DNA from: a virus
IMG/VR virus record: IMGVR_UViG_3300020195_000020
Coordinates: 10,146 to 74,145 of that record
Reading direction: 5' to 3' (one strand)
DNA: 64,000 nt
Shown: positions 41,225 through 51,190 of the stretch, one piece after another
Position numbering within the stretch: the first letter of the stretch is position 1
Layout: every line of letters begins with the position of its first letter
Made by a program: the position numbers and the translations under genes
Notes under the pieces: generated by a model
The model's input: the letters and a program-made list of their open reading frames with translations, nothing else
What the model was told of the DNA's origin: nothing
Databases searched by the model: none

Positions 41225-41760
41225 CGCCACCCGCCAAACGTATCCTGGCACTCGACTTGGCGCTGGAAACGGGCTGGGCACATTCGTGTGGCGAGTCGGG
41301 TATCTGGCACCTTGGCATTGGCGATAGCGAGCACGCCGGCAACCGGCTGGTGCGACTCGAGGGCAGAATCATGGCCATGCACCTGGAATGGGGCATCGAC
41401 CAGGTCGCCTTTGAAGTGGCTGCCTACGGCTCGCACCACGCCAACACCCGACAGTTTCACGACCAGGTCATGGGCGTTGTGCTGCTCTCAGCCGCCAAGA
41501 TCTGTGCGCCGTGGGTCGGCTACTCGCCCACCGAGATCAAGAAGTTTTGGACCGGGCACGGCCAGGCCGACAAGGCCGCCATGATCCGGGCCTGCCAGAC
41601 CTTCCTCGGCCGGACAGTGACCAACGACAACGAGGCCGACGCGCTGGCGATCCTGGAGCTGGCCAAGCACCAGGCCACCAGCAAGCTGGCGGCGGCGATC
41701 GAGAAGAAAACCAAACGACCGCGGCCGGCAAAGCAAATGAAGCTCGGGTATCAGCCGTAG
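41221..41760 (+). CDS. RuvC-like Holliday junction resolvase
   Basis: ILALDLALETGWA; VAFE; PTEIKKFWTGHGQADK; DNEADALAIL. Confidence 0.85.
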   Translation: MTPPAKRILALDLALETGWAHSCGESGIWHLGIGDSEHAGNRLVRLEGRIMAMHLEWGIDQVAFEVAAYGSHHANTRQFHDQVMGVVLLSAAKICAPWVGYSPTEIKKFWTGHGQADKAAMIRACQTFLGRTVTNDNEADALAILELAKHQATSKLAAAIEKKTKRPRPAKQMKLGYQP

Positions 41761-41769
41761 CATTTCCCT

Positions 41770-41828
41770 TTACCTATTTGGTAAGAGAATGGGAACGGGC
41801 CCCGGCGAAAGTCTTACCTTTATGGTAA
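41770..41828. promoter_or_regulatory. Pair of TTACC-N5-GGTAA palindromic sites
   Basis: 41770-41784 and 41814-41828, AT-rich, intergenic. Confidence 0.55.
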
Positions 41829-41837
41829 AGAAACCAG

Positions 41838-42287
41838 ATGTCAGCGATCCTCGAAACCCTTTGCGACCACTGCCTCGCCCCGGCCGTGATCATGGTGCCG
41901 GGGCGGGCCCGCTGCCGGGCGCACGACCAGGTGGCGCCGCCACCACCGCCCGCCGAGCGAGACAGTGACCAGCGGACCTATTGGATCATCTGGGCGCGCG
42001 AAGGCGTGGTCGAAGATCTCACCGCCGTGCCGCTGCAGGACCAGCGGACCACGCTCGCCTGGCTGACCGACGACCCGCACATCGCCACGGCGCTGGTCTT
42101 CGACGACGAGACCTTCGCTCGCTGCGTGCACTTCTGGGTTTCTGTCGGCTGGTCCTCGAGCAGCGGCAATCCACACGCCACGGTCAGTGAAGAGACCGCA
42201 TTGCCAGAGTACATCCGCTGGTCGCCAGAGGATGCCCGCTATTTGCGCCGCACGGTCGCCGAGGTGCTCGACCGCGCCGGCTGGTAG
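41838..42287 (+). CDS. Hypothetical protein with N-terminal Zn finger
   Basis: CDHC...CRAH; poly-Pro linker. Confidence 0.45.
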   Translation: MSAILETLCDHCLAPAVIMVPGRARCRAHDQVAPPPPPAERDSDQRTYWIIWAREGVVEDLTAVPLQDQRTTLAWLTDDPHIATALVFDDETFARCVHFWVSVGWSSSSGNPHATVSEETALPEYIRWSPEDARYLRRTVAEVLDRAGW

Positions 42288-42970
42288 CCCGCGCAGAAAA
42301 ATACGCTCTGTCCGTTCTGTCCGACGCTCGGACAGCCTAGGCGCACTTCTGCGGCCGGGCGCACCATACCCTCAAGACACCGATCGAGTCCTCGCAGGAG
42401 GTGCGGACCCGATGAGTGGCCGCAGGAATTCGTATTTCAACCTGGGCTGGCTCGCGGGAAAAGCCGACTGGCCCAAGCCACCGTCACCGCTGGCTCACTA
42501 CCGAAGTTCGCCCCCCGACGAATGCACGCCGGCGCAACTCAGGTGGTGGCAAGAAGGTTACCGAGCATGGCTTTCCGGCCGGACCGACGACCAGCAACAC
42601 CGCCGCTAGACGAAATGGCGCGCCGGCAAACCGTCTGGTTCTGGCTGGCCCTGATCGCCCTGGCCGCCGTCGCCGGCTGGGCGAGCAACCGACCCGAGCG
42701 GCCCACGCTCTGGACCTGGTCGACCCCGGTGCACGTCCGCGAGTTGCACGGCGCCCTGCTGGAATCCGAGCCCAAGGTGACCAATGCGATCGCCAGGCTC
42801 GGCGCCGACCACCGCTACGAGCTGGAACTGAGCCTGCGGAGAACCCGGTAAATGTTCACCTTCACGAATTTGATGTTTTACACCGCGGGAGTGGCCTCGG
42901 GCATCGGCCTGTCGGTTGGCGTCTGGAAATTGATCGACTCCATCCTCAACAACTGGCAGGGCCCCGGCTC

Positions 42971-43345
42971 ATGACGCGCACACGAACCTACCGCTGGCTG
43001 GCCATGGCGCTGGCACTGACCGCCGGCTACCTGGTGGCGCTGGCACTACCGGAGCCCGTGCAAGCCGAGCCGGTCGTGATCGAGTTCTCGGCCCCCTGGT
43101 GCGAATTCTGCCAGGCCGCCAAGAAAGACGTGGCGGGGCTCCAGAAAGAGGGTTTCGACATCCGCATCGTCAACGTCGACGACGAGCCCAAGCGGGTGGA
43201 CGAGTACCGCATCAAGACCATTCCCGCGTTTGTGGTGGTCGAGACCACAACCGCTAAGGAGCTCGAGCGACGCGTCGGGAAGACCGACGGCGCGCAATTG
43301 CGGGCCCTGATGACCAAGCACGCCATGAAACCGAAGGCCAAATGA
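42971..43345 (+). CDS. Exported thioredoxin-family protein
   Basis: Signal/TM segment, then VIEFSAPWCEFCQ...VNVD...IKTIPAFVV. Confidence 0.9.
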   Translation: MTRTRTYRWLAMALALTAGYLVALALPEPVQAEPVVIEFSAPWCEFCQAAKKDVAGLQKEGFDIRIVNVDDEPKRVDEYRIKTIPAFVVVETTTAKELERRVGKTDGAQLRALMTKHAMKPKAK

Positions 43346-43550
43346 TGTTCATCATCCTGGATGAAGAGACCCAGTTGCCGATCACGCACCGCGAATTCGA
43401 TTGCAGCAACCCGCGATCGATCGCGATGTTCGCCAACGAAGATCTGGCCGAGGGGGCGCTCCGCGAGACGATCAACCGCCATAGCCGCCAGCTCAAGGTC
43501 ATGAGCTGGATCGACTGGATGGAAAAAGCCGGGCACGCCAAATCGCAAGC

Positions 43551-43961
43551 ATGAACCAATCGACCGACACCCGCCGTGGTTTCCTGGGTCGCACGCTCGC
43601 AGCGGCCGCGGCAGTGGTCTGCGCCCCGCTGGTGCGGTTTGCCCCGGCGGCTTCGAAGCCATGGAGCGCTGCGGCGGTCGATCACGCCGCCGCTTTGGCC
43701 GATTCTCCTCATTGCCGCATTGTGGTTCGGACGTTCCAGGGCAGGGTCAAAAGCATCGCCGGCGAGCGGGCGCAATTGGTGGCCGAGGATCCGATCACCG
43801 GCGAGGTCACAGAGATCGACGCATTGCTCTGGATGGCCCTGGTGCCAAGCGTGGGCGATGGGGCCATCGCCATCTGGGATCCCACTGTCTCGGACTGGTT
43901 TGTGGTCTTGCAAATCTGGACCAAACCGCCCGTCGCCTACCTCGACCCGGTCAAATCATGA
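43551..43961 (+). CDS. Tat-signal protein
   Basis: TRRGFLGRTLAAAAAVV twin-arginine motif. Confidence 0.6.
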   Translation: MNQSTDTRRGFLGRTLAAAAAVVCAPLVRFAPAASKPWSAAAVDHAAALADSPHCRIVVRTFQGRVKSIAGERAQLVAEDPITGEVTEIDALLWMALVPSVGDGAIAIWDPTVSDWFVVLQIWTKPPVAYLDPVKS

Positions 43962-45010
43962 CTCTCTTCCAACTGCCGCCGTACCACATGAAGGTCGTGA
44001 TGAGCGCCGCCCAGGTTGGGCAGGCGATCGACTGGGGCATCACGTATTTGAAGGCCCTCGAGATTCACAAGACGACCAAGGGCGCCGGCATCAACGTGGC
44101 CGTGCTCGACACCGGCATCGACATGAGCCACCCCGATTTTCAGGGGGCGATCGTCGCGGCGCAGGACTTCACCGGCAGCGTGCACGGCGTGATGGACGCG
44201 AACGGTCACGGCACGCACACCGCCGGCACGATCGGGGCCCGCGACAACGGCGTCGGCAGCGTCGGCATGGCGCCCGAGTGTGGCCTGATCATCTGCAAAG
44301 TGCTGGGGGACGATGGCGCTGGCGACGACGAAATGATCGCCGCCGGCATCCGCTGGGCGGTGACCATGGGCGCCCAGATTCTGAGTATGTCGTTTGAGTC
44401 GCCCAGCCCCTCGCCCGTGATCCGCGCGGCGATCGACGACGCGGTGCAAAAAGGCCGGTTGGTGGTCTGCGCGGCAGGCAACCGCGGCATCGCCGGCAAC
44501 GGTTATCCGGCCGCCTGGGATGACGTCTGCCAGAGTATCGCGGCCAACGATCAGAAGGGGCGGATCGCCGACTTCTCGGGCGTGGGCCCGCAGGTCGACG
44601 TCTGCGCGCCGGGCGTGCACATCCTGAGTTGCTGGCCTGGCGGCAGCTACGCCTATCTCGACGGCACCAGCATGGCCTGCCCGCACGTGTCGGGCGGTCT
44701 GGCTCTGGTGGCCGCCTATCGCCGCGCGAAGGCCCTGCCGCAGATCGCCAGCCAGGCCGAGCTGAACAATGCCCTGCATGCGACGGCCATCGCGCTGGAG
44801 CCGACGCCGCCGCCAAATCAGCGGTGGGGCTATGGCGTGTTCAATCCCACCGCCCTGCTGGACTACGCCACGGCGCCGCCCAATGCTCCGCCCGCCGCCG
44901 CGCCGCGCAAGGCCCGCCGCTGGGCGATTCCTTTCCTGTATGGCTACCAGGACTGTGAATGGGCGATCACCGCCAACCCGATCGTCAAACCCGCGGCCCC
45001 GGCCGCTTGA
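43958..45010 (+). CDS. Subtilisin-like S8 serine peptidase
   Basis: VAVLDTG; HGTHTAG; AAGN; GTSMACPHVSG catalytic motifs. Confidence 0.95.
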   Translation: MTLFQLPPYHMKVVMSAAQVGQAIDWGITYLKALEIHKTTKGAGINVAVLDTGIDMSHPDFQGAIVAAQDFTGSVHGVMDANGHGTHTAGTIGARDNGVGSVGMAPECGLIICKVLGDDGAGDDEMIAAGIRWAVTMGAQILSMSFESPSPSPVIRAAIDDAVQKGRLVVCAAGNRGIAGNGYPAAWDDVCQSIAANDQKGRIADFSGVGPQVDVCAPGVHILSCWPGGSYAYLDGTSMACPHVSGGLALVAAYRRAKALPQIASQAELNNALHATAIALEPTPPPNQRWGYGVFNPTALLDYATAPPNAPPAAAPRKARRWAIPFLYGYQDCEWAITANPIVKPAAPAA

Positions 45011-45046
45011 TTCGTTGTTTCGTTATCCCGTAACTGGAGAACCGTT

Positions 45047-45799
45047 ATGAAGTTTGCTCAAGCGTCCGCGAAAGCGGCCCTGTTCGACCGCTGGAAGAAT
45101 CGTCCGCTGCCCGACCCGAATCGCCCGCGCCCCGTGCTCGATGCGATCAAAGGCGCGTTGACCGAGCTGGTCAAGAATGGCGCCTCGACCATGATGCCGA
45201 TGCTGCTGCAGCTCGCCCAGAAATACCTGAGCGGTCTGAGCACGCCCTCGAGCGCCGAGGCCTCGCTGCATGCGGACACGCTGGAAATGCTCGGCGAAGA
45301 GATCGCCAAGCACGGCAGCAGCGCCGCGAGCACCAGCGCGGATTGGGTTTGGCTCGGTCCCTGGCTGGAAGCTGGACTCAAGCAAGCCGGTCCGGTCGTG
45401 ATTATGGACCTGCTCATGCTCTTGAATCTGACCGGTGCGCCGACCACGGCCGCCGAAGCTGGCGCGGACCCCGCGGCCGAAGCCAGCAGCGCGGCCGACT
45501 AGTCGGCCAGCAACAACAACGCTAACGCTTCGACTTCGCAGGGACGCATGGCGGAGGCGTGACGGATGGACAGATACACGGTGCAGGCGGCGCTCGAGGA
45601 AGCAACTGACGCCCAAGGGGTGTCCGAGGACATACGACAGTTCACGGACCAGGCCCTGTTGGGCGAAATGCTTCGCCGGCGCCGCCTGCATCTGGCGGGG
45701 CGAACCAGCAAAGTCAACGAGCAACAGCTCTTAGACCACTGGCGAGACCTGCTGGAGGGAGTAACCGAACCGTCCAGTCTGCAAGGAACCGTACCATGA
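45047..45799 (+). CDS. Two hypothetical genes (45047-45502; 45566-45799)
   Basis: SDs and coupling with the next gene. Confidence 0.5.
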
Positions 45800-46968
45800 A
45801 AACATTCTCGAAAACTCTGCTCGTCGCGCTGTGCCTTTGCACCTATTTGATTTCGGGGAGCGCCGGCGCCGACGAGCGAGTATTGCTCGCCCAGAAAAAC
45901 GACGAGCAAGTTTCTCAGCCGCAGCCCAAGATCTCGCCGCAGCAGCGGGCACTGGTGACCTTGGGCGAAGCGCTCTACTTCGACACCCGAGTGTCGAGCG
46001 ACAACACCACGAGCTGCAGCAGTTGCCATAGCCCTGAGCACGGGTTTGGCGATGGCCGCGACCTGGCCGTCGGTCGCATTGGCAGCCCCGAGAGCAACGG
46101 CCGCCGAGGTTTCGTCGGCACCCGCCGGACGCAACCGAACCTGAACACAATGCTGCGCGAGTACCTGAAAGACGAGCGAATGTTTTGGGACCTGCGCGCG
46201 GCTAACTCCGTTGCCCAAGCCACGATGCCGATCGAGAACCCGATCGAAATGGGGAACCAGACTGTCGGCCAGGTCGCCGCCCGCCTGAACCAACTGCAGG
46301 GCTACCGGGATATGACCCGGGCAGCCTTCGGCGCCGACGAGCTCACGCCGCGGCGGATGGCCGAGGCTCTGGTGGCCTACCAGCGGACCGAGATTGTGGC
46401 AGTCGACACGCCGCTCAACCGCTATTACCAGGGCAAGGAAGATGCCGTCAGCGAGCAGGGCAAGCGGGGCGCGGCGCTGTTCAAGACCCACTGCATTTCT
46501 TGCCACTCGCCGCCGCTGTTCACCACGGGCGAGGCCTTCAACACCGGGATGGAGGATCGCTTTAGCCGGCAACTCACCGCCGAAGCGGCCGCGCGCGGGG
46601 AGATTCGCCGCGAAGATCTTGGCCTGGAGCGGACGACCAAGAACCCCAACGACCGCCGCAAGTTCAAGACGCCCGGCATCATCGGACTGACTGCTCGCCG
46701 GCCGCCGTTGAACCTCAACCATCACGGCCAGATTCACTCAGTGCGCGACCAGATTGTGCACTATGCCGCCGCGGGCAACTATCGCCTGGGCGGCAACACT
46801 CAGACCTACCGCGACCCGTCGATCGACCCGCGGGTCGCCAAGATCAAGCTCGCTGACAACCCTGCCGCGCTGGAACAGGCCATCTTGGACCTGGAGCACA
46901 CCGTGCTCGTGGACCTGATGCCTGACGATTATCCAACTGGCGTTCGACGCCCGGAGCGGCTCCCCTGA
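45796..46968 (+). CDS. Dihaem cytochrome c peroxidase/MauG-family protein
   Basis: Signal peptide; LGEALYFDTRVS; CSSCH; FWD.RA; NPIEMG; CISCH; FKTP. Confidence 0.92.
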   Translation: MKTFSKTLLVALCLCTYLISGSAGADERVLLAQKNDEQVSQPQPKISPQQRALVTLGEALYFDTRVSSDNTTSCSSCHSPEHGFGDGRDLAVGRIGSPESNGRRGFVGTRRTQPNLNTMLREYLKDERMFWDLRAANSVAQATMPIENPIEMGNQTVGQVAARLNQLQGYRDMTRAAFGADELTPRRMAEALVAYQRTEIVAVDTPLNRYYQGKEDAVSEQGKRGAALFKTHCISCHSPPLFTTGEAFNTGMEDRFSRQLTAEAAARGEIRREDLGLERTTKNPNDRRKFKTPGIIGLTARRPPLNLNHHGQIHSVRDQIVHYAAAGNYRLGGNTQTYRDPSIDPRVAKIKLADNPAALEQAILDLEHTVLVDLMPDDYPTGVRRPERLP

Positions 46969-48104
46969 TGTTTCGCTCACTGTTTGCCACGCTGATACTC
47001 GCGGCCCTGCTGGTGCCAGGCGAGCCCCTGCCGCATATCGCGGCCGATTCTGTCAAACCAGCTTTACAAAACCGCCCGGAGCCTGCGCAGTTTGCGTTAC
47101 AGGACCAGGATGACCTGGCCGCCGACATCGCCCAACGCCTTACCGAGAAGTTCTCGACTGCGTGGGACCTGGCTGGCTGGGAAGTTGCGGCGATTGACGT
47201 GCCGCCAGAGGCCACCGGCGCCACGCCGCAAGCCAGGAAACTGTTCGCCAAAATGCGAGCCGCGGTGGCCGCCGACGGTCCGCCGACCGCACCGGTAGAC
47301 GATGACCTGCCCCCGGCACCGCCGCCGCCGGCCCCGCCTCCACCAGCCGACGCGGCGCCGAAGTCCGAGCCCGCGAAACCGGACCCGCCGAAGCCTGAGA
47401 CTCCCAAGCCGGAGCCAGAGCCCAAGAAGCCCGAGACCAAGAAGCCGGCCGACCCGCCGGTAGTTCGCATCCGGATCAACGGCGAAGACGCCCGCGACAA
47501 CACGGCCACGGTCGACCTGGGAAAGCTGGTCGAGATTGAATTCTCAGAGTCTGGCGGCCCGGTGCGCGAACGGTCGATCACGATCGGCCCCAAACTCGAC
47601 ACTACGCACATGCGCAAGCTCGATACGACGCACGTCATTCTGGCGGCGCCGCCGGGCATTTACGACGTGCGCGTGATCGCGATCGGCACCGAGCGGGGCT
47701 TCTCAGAGCACCGGATCAAGCTGGTCATTCGCGACCCGCGTGCTGCCGAAATGGCAGAGCAAGCTAAGGCCCAGGCTGCCGCGGCCAGCCAACCCAAGAC
47801 GCCGTCCGACCCGTTTGCCGAACTGCGCAAGCTGGCCGCCGGCATCGAGTCGCCCAACCGCTCGATCGAGGCCGCCGAGGTGGCCAAGGCCTTTGCCAGC
47901 CGCACCTCACTGGCCGACTCGATTGGTGCCGCGCGACTCGCCCTGATTGGAATCGGCGCGAACGCAACCAACTGGCAACCGTTCTTTGCGGGTGCCGAGC
48001 GAATCTTCGGCGACGTCCGCACGGAGCTGCGGACCGCTGGCAAGACTGTTGACGAGGGCAGGTTTCTCAAGGAGCTGGCCAAGATGCTGGGCGAAACGCC
48101 CTGA
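46968..48104 (+). CDS. Exported protein with Pro/Lys-rich linker and Ig-like domain
   Basis: Signal peptide; PPPPAPPPP, PKPEPEPK; PGIYDVRVIAIG. Confidence 0.6.
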   Translation: MFRSLFATLILAALLVPGEPLPHIAADSVKPALQNRPEPAQFALQDQDDLAADIAQRLTEKFSTAWDLAGWEVAAIDVPPEATGATPQARKLFAKMRAAVAADGPPTAPVDDDLPPAPPPPAPPPPADAAPKSEPAKPDPPKPETPKPEPEPKKPETKKPADPPVVRIRINGEDARDNTATVDLGKLVEIEFSESGGPVRERSITIGPKLDTTHMRKLDTTHVILAAPPGIYDVRVIAIGTERGFSEHRIKLVIRDPRAAEMAEQAKAQAAAASQPKTPSDPFAELRKLAAGIESPNRSIEAAEVAKAFASRTSLADSIGAARLALIGIGANATNWQPFFAGAERIFGDVRTELRTAGKTVDEGRFLKELAKMLGETP

Positions 48105-48165
48105 CAGTAAGCGTATTCACGGGGCAGAAGAATGCCCCTTTCCCTGTTCGCAAAGGAGGACTGCT

Positions 48166-48543
48166 ATGTTCCGAATTCTGAGCGTTGCGTGCGTCGCGTT
48201 GGCCCTGATGCTGATGGCCAACACGGCCGAAGCCGGTCGGCGCGGCGGTGGCGGTTGCTCGAGTGGCGGGTGCAGCACGGGCGGCGGCGGTTGCAATGTC
48301 GGTGGCAGCAGTGGCTGCAATATCGGCCAGAGCAACACGTCGGCCTCGCAGCGTGATCTGCAGCAGTCGCCGGCGCTGTCGATTCCCGCTCCGGCCGTGA
48401 CGGCCAAGAAGCGTGCCGACGCCGCGATCGCCCAGGCGAAGCGGACCCCCAAGTACGACCTGGCCAAGTGCGAGAAGCTGGCCGGCGCTGTCGACGCGGT
48501 CGAGCCGACTGGTAGTCGTCTCGAGATGCTGGCCCAGCGGTAA
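48166..48543 (+). CDS. Exported Gly/Ser/Cys-rich small protein
   Basis: Signal peptide ending AEA; GGGGCSSGGCSTGGGGCNVGGSSGC; SD AAGGAGG. Confidence 0.65.
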   Translation: MFRILSVACVALALMLMANTAEAGRRGGGGCSSGGCSTGGGGCNVGGSSGCNIGQSNTSASQRDLQQSPALSIPAPAVTAKKRADAAIAQAKRTPKYDLAKCEKLAGAVDAVEPTGSRLEMLAQR

Positions 48544-48646
48544 GCGTGCTTTCCGGCGCGGGTTACCGCGTCTCTGAATCAACCCGAGCGGCTGACGGCC
48601 GCAGTGGAGCTTGCTTTTTTCAACCGCTTTTTGAGGAGGTGCTTTG

Positions 48647-49303
48647 ATGCGTTCGAACCGATTCTTTCCGATGATCCTGGCCGCTGCGGTGGCCATCGCC
48701 ATGGTGGGAACTGCCGTTGCCCAGACCGCCAGCGCGACCGCCGGCAACGGCTTTGCGGCTTCGCAGGCGGGCCCGGCAACGCCGGCCCCGAGTGACGCGG
48801 CCAACCAGTTCGCGGCCCCCGCGGCCACGAGCTCTGCCACCACCACGACGGCCGTCGCTCCGGCGGCGACCACCACGATCGCCGTGGTCCCGGGGGTTGT
48901 TGCCAGCAATGGCTCCAGCCGATCGCGATCGCGGACCAAGACCACGACGACGACCTCGGTCCAGCCCAATGTGAGCACGGGCACGGTCGTAACTTCTCAG
49001 GCTACGGCGCTGGTGCCGCAGACTGTATTGGTGCCTCAGACTGTGATGGTGCCGGTGCAAACCGCCACGATCGCGGCCAACACCGTCGCGGCCAACACGG
49101 GTAGTAGTACCGTGACGAGCACCACAACGACCCGCACGAATAGCCGCGTGAGCCTGGCGGATCGCCTGGCGGCTATGAAGGCGAGTCGCGCGGCGTCGCG
49201 AAGTTCTACCGTTTCGAGCTCGACGTGCAGTACCAACTGCAACACGGGCGGGGCCCGCACTCGGAGCCGGTCGTCCAGCCGGTCGACGAGCCGCAGCTAT
49301 TAG
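48647..49303 (+). CDS. Exported Thr/Ser/Ala-rich low-complexity protein
   Basis: Signal peptide; RSRSRT and poly-Thr tracts; SD GAGGAGG. Confidence 0.65.
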   Translation: MRSNRFFPMILAAAVAIAMVGTAVAQTASATAGNGFAASQAGPATPAPSDAANQFAAPAATSSATTTTAVAPAATTTIAVVPGVVASNGSSRSRSRTKTTTTTSVQPNVSTGTVVTSQATALVPQTVLVPQTVMVPVQTATIAANTVAANTGSSTVTSTTTTRTNSRVSLADRLAAMKASRAASRSSTVSSSTCSTNCNTGGARTRSRSSSRSTSRSY

Positions 49304-49401
49304 TCCGGCTCGATAGCCCTTCGCGCCCGGATCTGTCTACGGCCACGGCGACAGTCCGGTGCGCGAAGGTTCTTTTCTCTCCTTCATCCCGAGGCACCAC
49401 C

Positions 49402-50148
49402 ATGTGGCGCATCCTGGTCCAAAAGCTGCGACGTCGGAAGAAGCGGCCAGTCGTGGAAGTGCTGGGGATGGAGAACGTCGTCGGCGGCCTGGTCCTGATT
49501 CAGGCGGAGCTGCGGATGATGCGTCAACTACTCCGCTTGATCGACAAGAACCTCTCACGTTTGGTGGCGCCGCCGCCCGTGCGATGGTTGAGCTATATCC
49601 AATACGATGAAAGGTTTGCCATGGGAAAGCATTGGCTGATTTACCGCGTCAACTGGGACCCTGTGCCGGCCACGCAGAAAGACGTCGTCAAGCGGGTACT
49701 CAAGATCACATCCGACGGCGTGAGCCAGCTCAAGGAGTATCCGCCCGAAACGACTTTCGTCGACGGCATCGAGCTGCTCAAAGACTCGACCTGCCAACTC
49801 TCGATCACGCAGGTCGACGGCGACGGCAACGCGTCGGAGCCGGTCGCGTCGCCGATCTTTGTCGTGCATGACAAGGTGGCGCCGCCGAGCGTGACCGGGT
49901 TCGGCTTGAATCAGTATTCCGAGCGGTTCGAGGAAGACCCCGCGCCCGAGGAGCCCGCTCCGGAAGAGCCCGCTCCGGAAGAGCCGGCCCCCGAGAACCC
50001 GGCGCCCGAGAATCCGGCGCCGGAAGAGCCCGCGCAGCCCGCGCCCGAGAACCCGGCGCCAGAAGAGCCGGCGCCCGAGCAGCCGCCGAGTGGCGACGGG
50101 CAGCCGCCCGTGCAATCCACCACGCCGCCTGACGAGCTGGTGGACTGA
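49402..50148 (+). CDS. FN3-like domain protein with C-terminal (E-E/N-P-A-P)n tail
   Basis: WDPVP...VDGDGNASEP; about nine 15-bp EEPAP/ENPAP units at 49933-50080; start uncertain (49402 or 49621). Confidence 0.6.
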   Translation: MWRILVQKLRRRKKRPVVEVLGMENVVGGLVLIQAELRMMRQLLRLIDKNLSRLVAPPPVRWLSYIQYDERFAMGKHWLIYRVNWDPVPATQKDVVKRVLKITSDGVSQLKEYPPETTFVDGIELLKDSTCQLSITQVDGDGNASEPVASPIFVVHDKVAPPSVTGFGLNQYSERFEEDPAPEEPAPEEPAPEEPAPENPAPENPAPEEPAQPAPENPAPEEPAPEQPPSGDGQPPVQSTTPPDELVD

Positions 50149-50250
50149 CCCGACCTTCCCGGTCTGACGGTTCCGGGAAACCGCGGCTGGCGCCCGAAGG
50201 ACTGGGAGCCACGCCAGCCGCATTTTTTATCCCCCTGACAGAGAACGACC

Positions 50251-50562
50251 ATGCCAGACAATCGAGAGCGCCGCCTCAAGATCTACACCATGTCACGCCA
50301 CGTCTTGCTGGCCGTGCTCAATGGACTGCCCAACGACGTGCATTGCCTGCCCATCCACGGTGAGATTCCGGAGGGGGCGGAAGTCATTGACGTGCGCGAC
50401 GACTGGTCGCGGCAGTGCCTAACCCTGATCGTCTTTCACGAGAGTTTCCCGATCGTGCCCGACGGCAACGAACTGGAGATCGTAATGGACCTTGGCCGCC
50501 ACCTGGTCAAGCGACCGGTCGAAGCGACACACGAGCTCGTCGAGCAAGCGGCCCTGTTGTAA
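50251..50562 (+). CDS. Hypothetical phage protein
   Basis: IPEGAEVIDV...LIVFHESFPIVPDG. Confidence 0.55.
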   Translation: MPDNRERRLKIYTMSRHVLLAVLNGLPNDVHCLPIHGEIPEGAEVIDVRDDWSRQCLTLIVFHESFPIVPDGNELEIVMDLGRHLVKRPVEATHELVEQAALL

Positions 50563-50596
50563 GGAAGCGACACCATCCAATCAGGAGCCCCGAACC

Positions 50597-50944
50597 ATGA
50601 TGGTCCGAGAGCCCCAAGGCGACCGCGTACGACTCACCATCCCAACGCAGCTCGCAATTGTAGGCCTGGCGCTGGCGATCATCGTTCCACTGGGCGGCGC
50701 TATGGCAACGGCTTGGAGCTGGACTTCGAACGTCGACGTCCGCTTTACGAAGCTGGAGATGACCGCGACGCAGGCCTCTGAGAACACCAAAAACACCAAC
50801 GAAACCGTGAACAAGTCGATCCAGAAACTCGAGACCAGCGGCGAAAAAACCCACGAGCTATCCGAGAAAATCCAGCACGACCTGACCGATCTGAGCAAGC
50901 GCCTCCGCCGCATTGAAAAAGCGGCCGGCACTGCGCAGCCATAG
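50597..50944 (+). CDS. Membrane protein with coiled coil (holin/spanin-like)
   Basis: TM segment, then heptads ending RLRRIE; SD AGGAG. Confidence 0.5.
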   Translation: MMVREPQGDRVRLTIPTQLAIVGLALAIIVPLGGAMATAWSWTSNVDVRFTKLEMTATQASENTKNTNETVNKSIQKLETSGEKTHELSEKIQHDLTDLSKRLRRIEKAAGTAQP

Positions 50945-51190
50945 GAGCAAATTGCCATGCGAATCAATGCCAACGACTTGAGCCCCCGCGAGTGCATTCC
51001 CGCGGCCACCGATCTGCCCATCAACGTGGCCGAGCTCGGCGGCCCGGGCGACCTGGTGGCCGGCGACGTCGCCCGCCTCTCGGCGAGCTGCGAACCCAAC
51101 CGCGACGTTGCCGACCTGCCGCCCGGCACGAAGACGGTCCGGTCCTAACCCGCTCGCCTTGCCAGCACGTCCCGCACTCTGGAGAGCCCG

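Noticed and set aside
49933-50080. 15-bp tandem repeat as a non-coding array
   Set aside because: In-frame coding repeat (EEPAP/ENPAP) with synonymous variation
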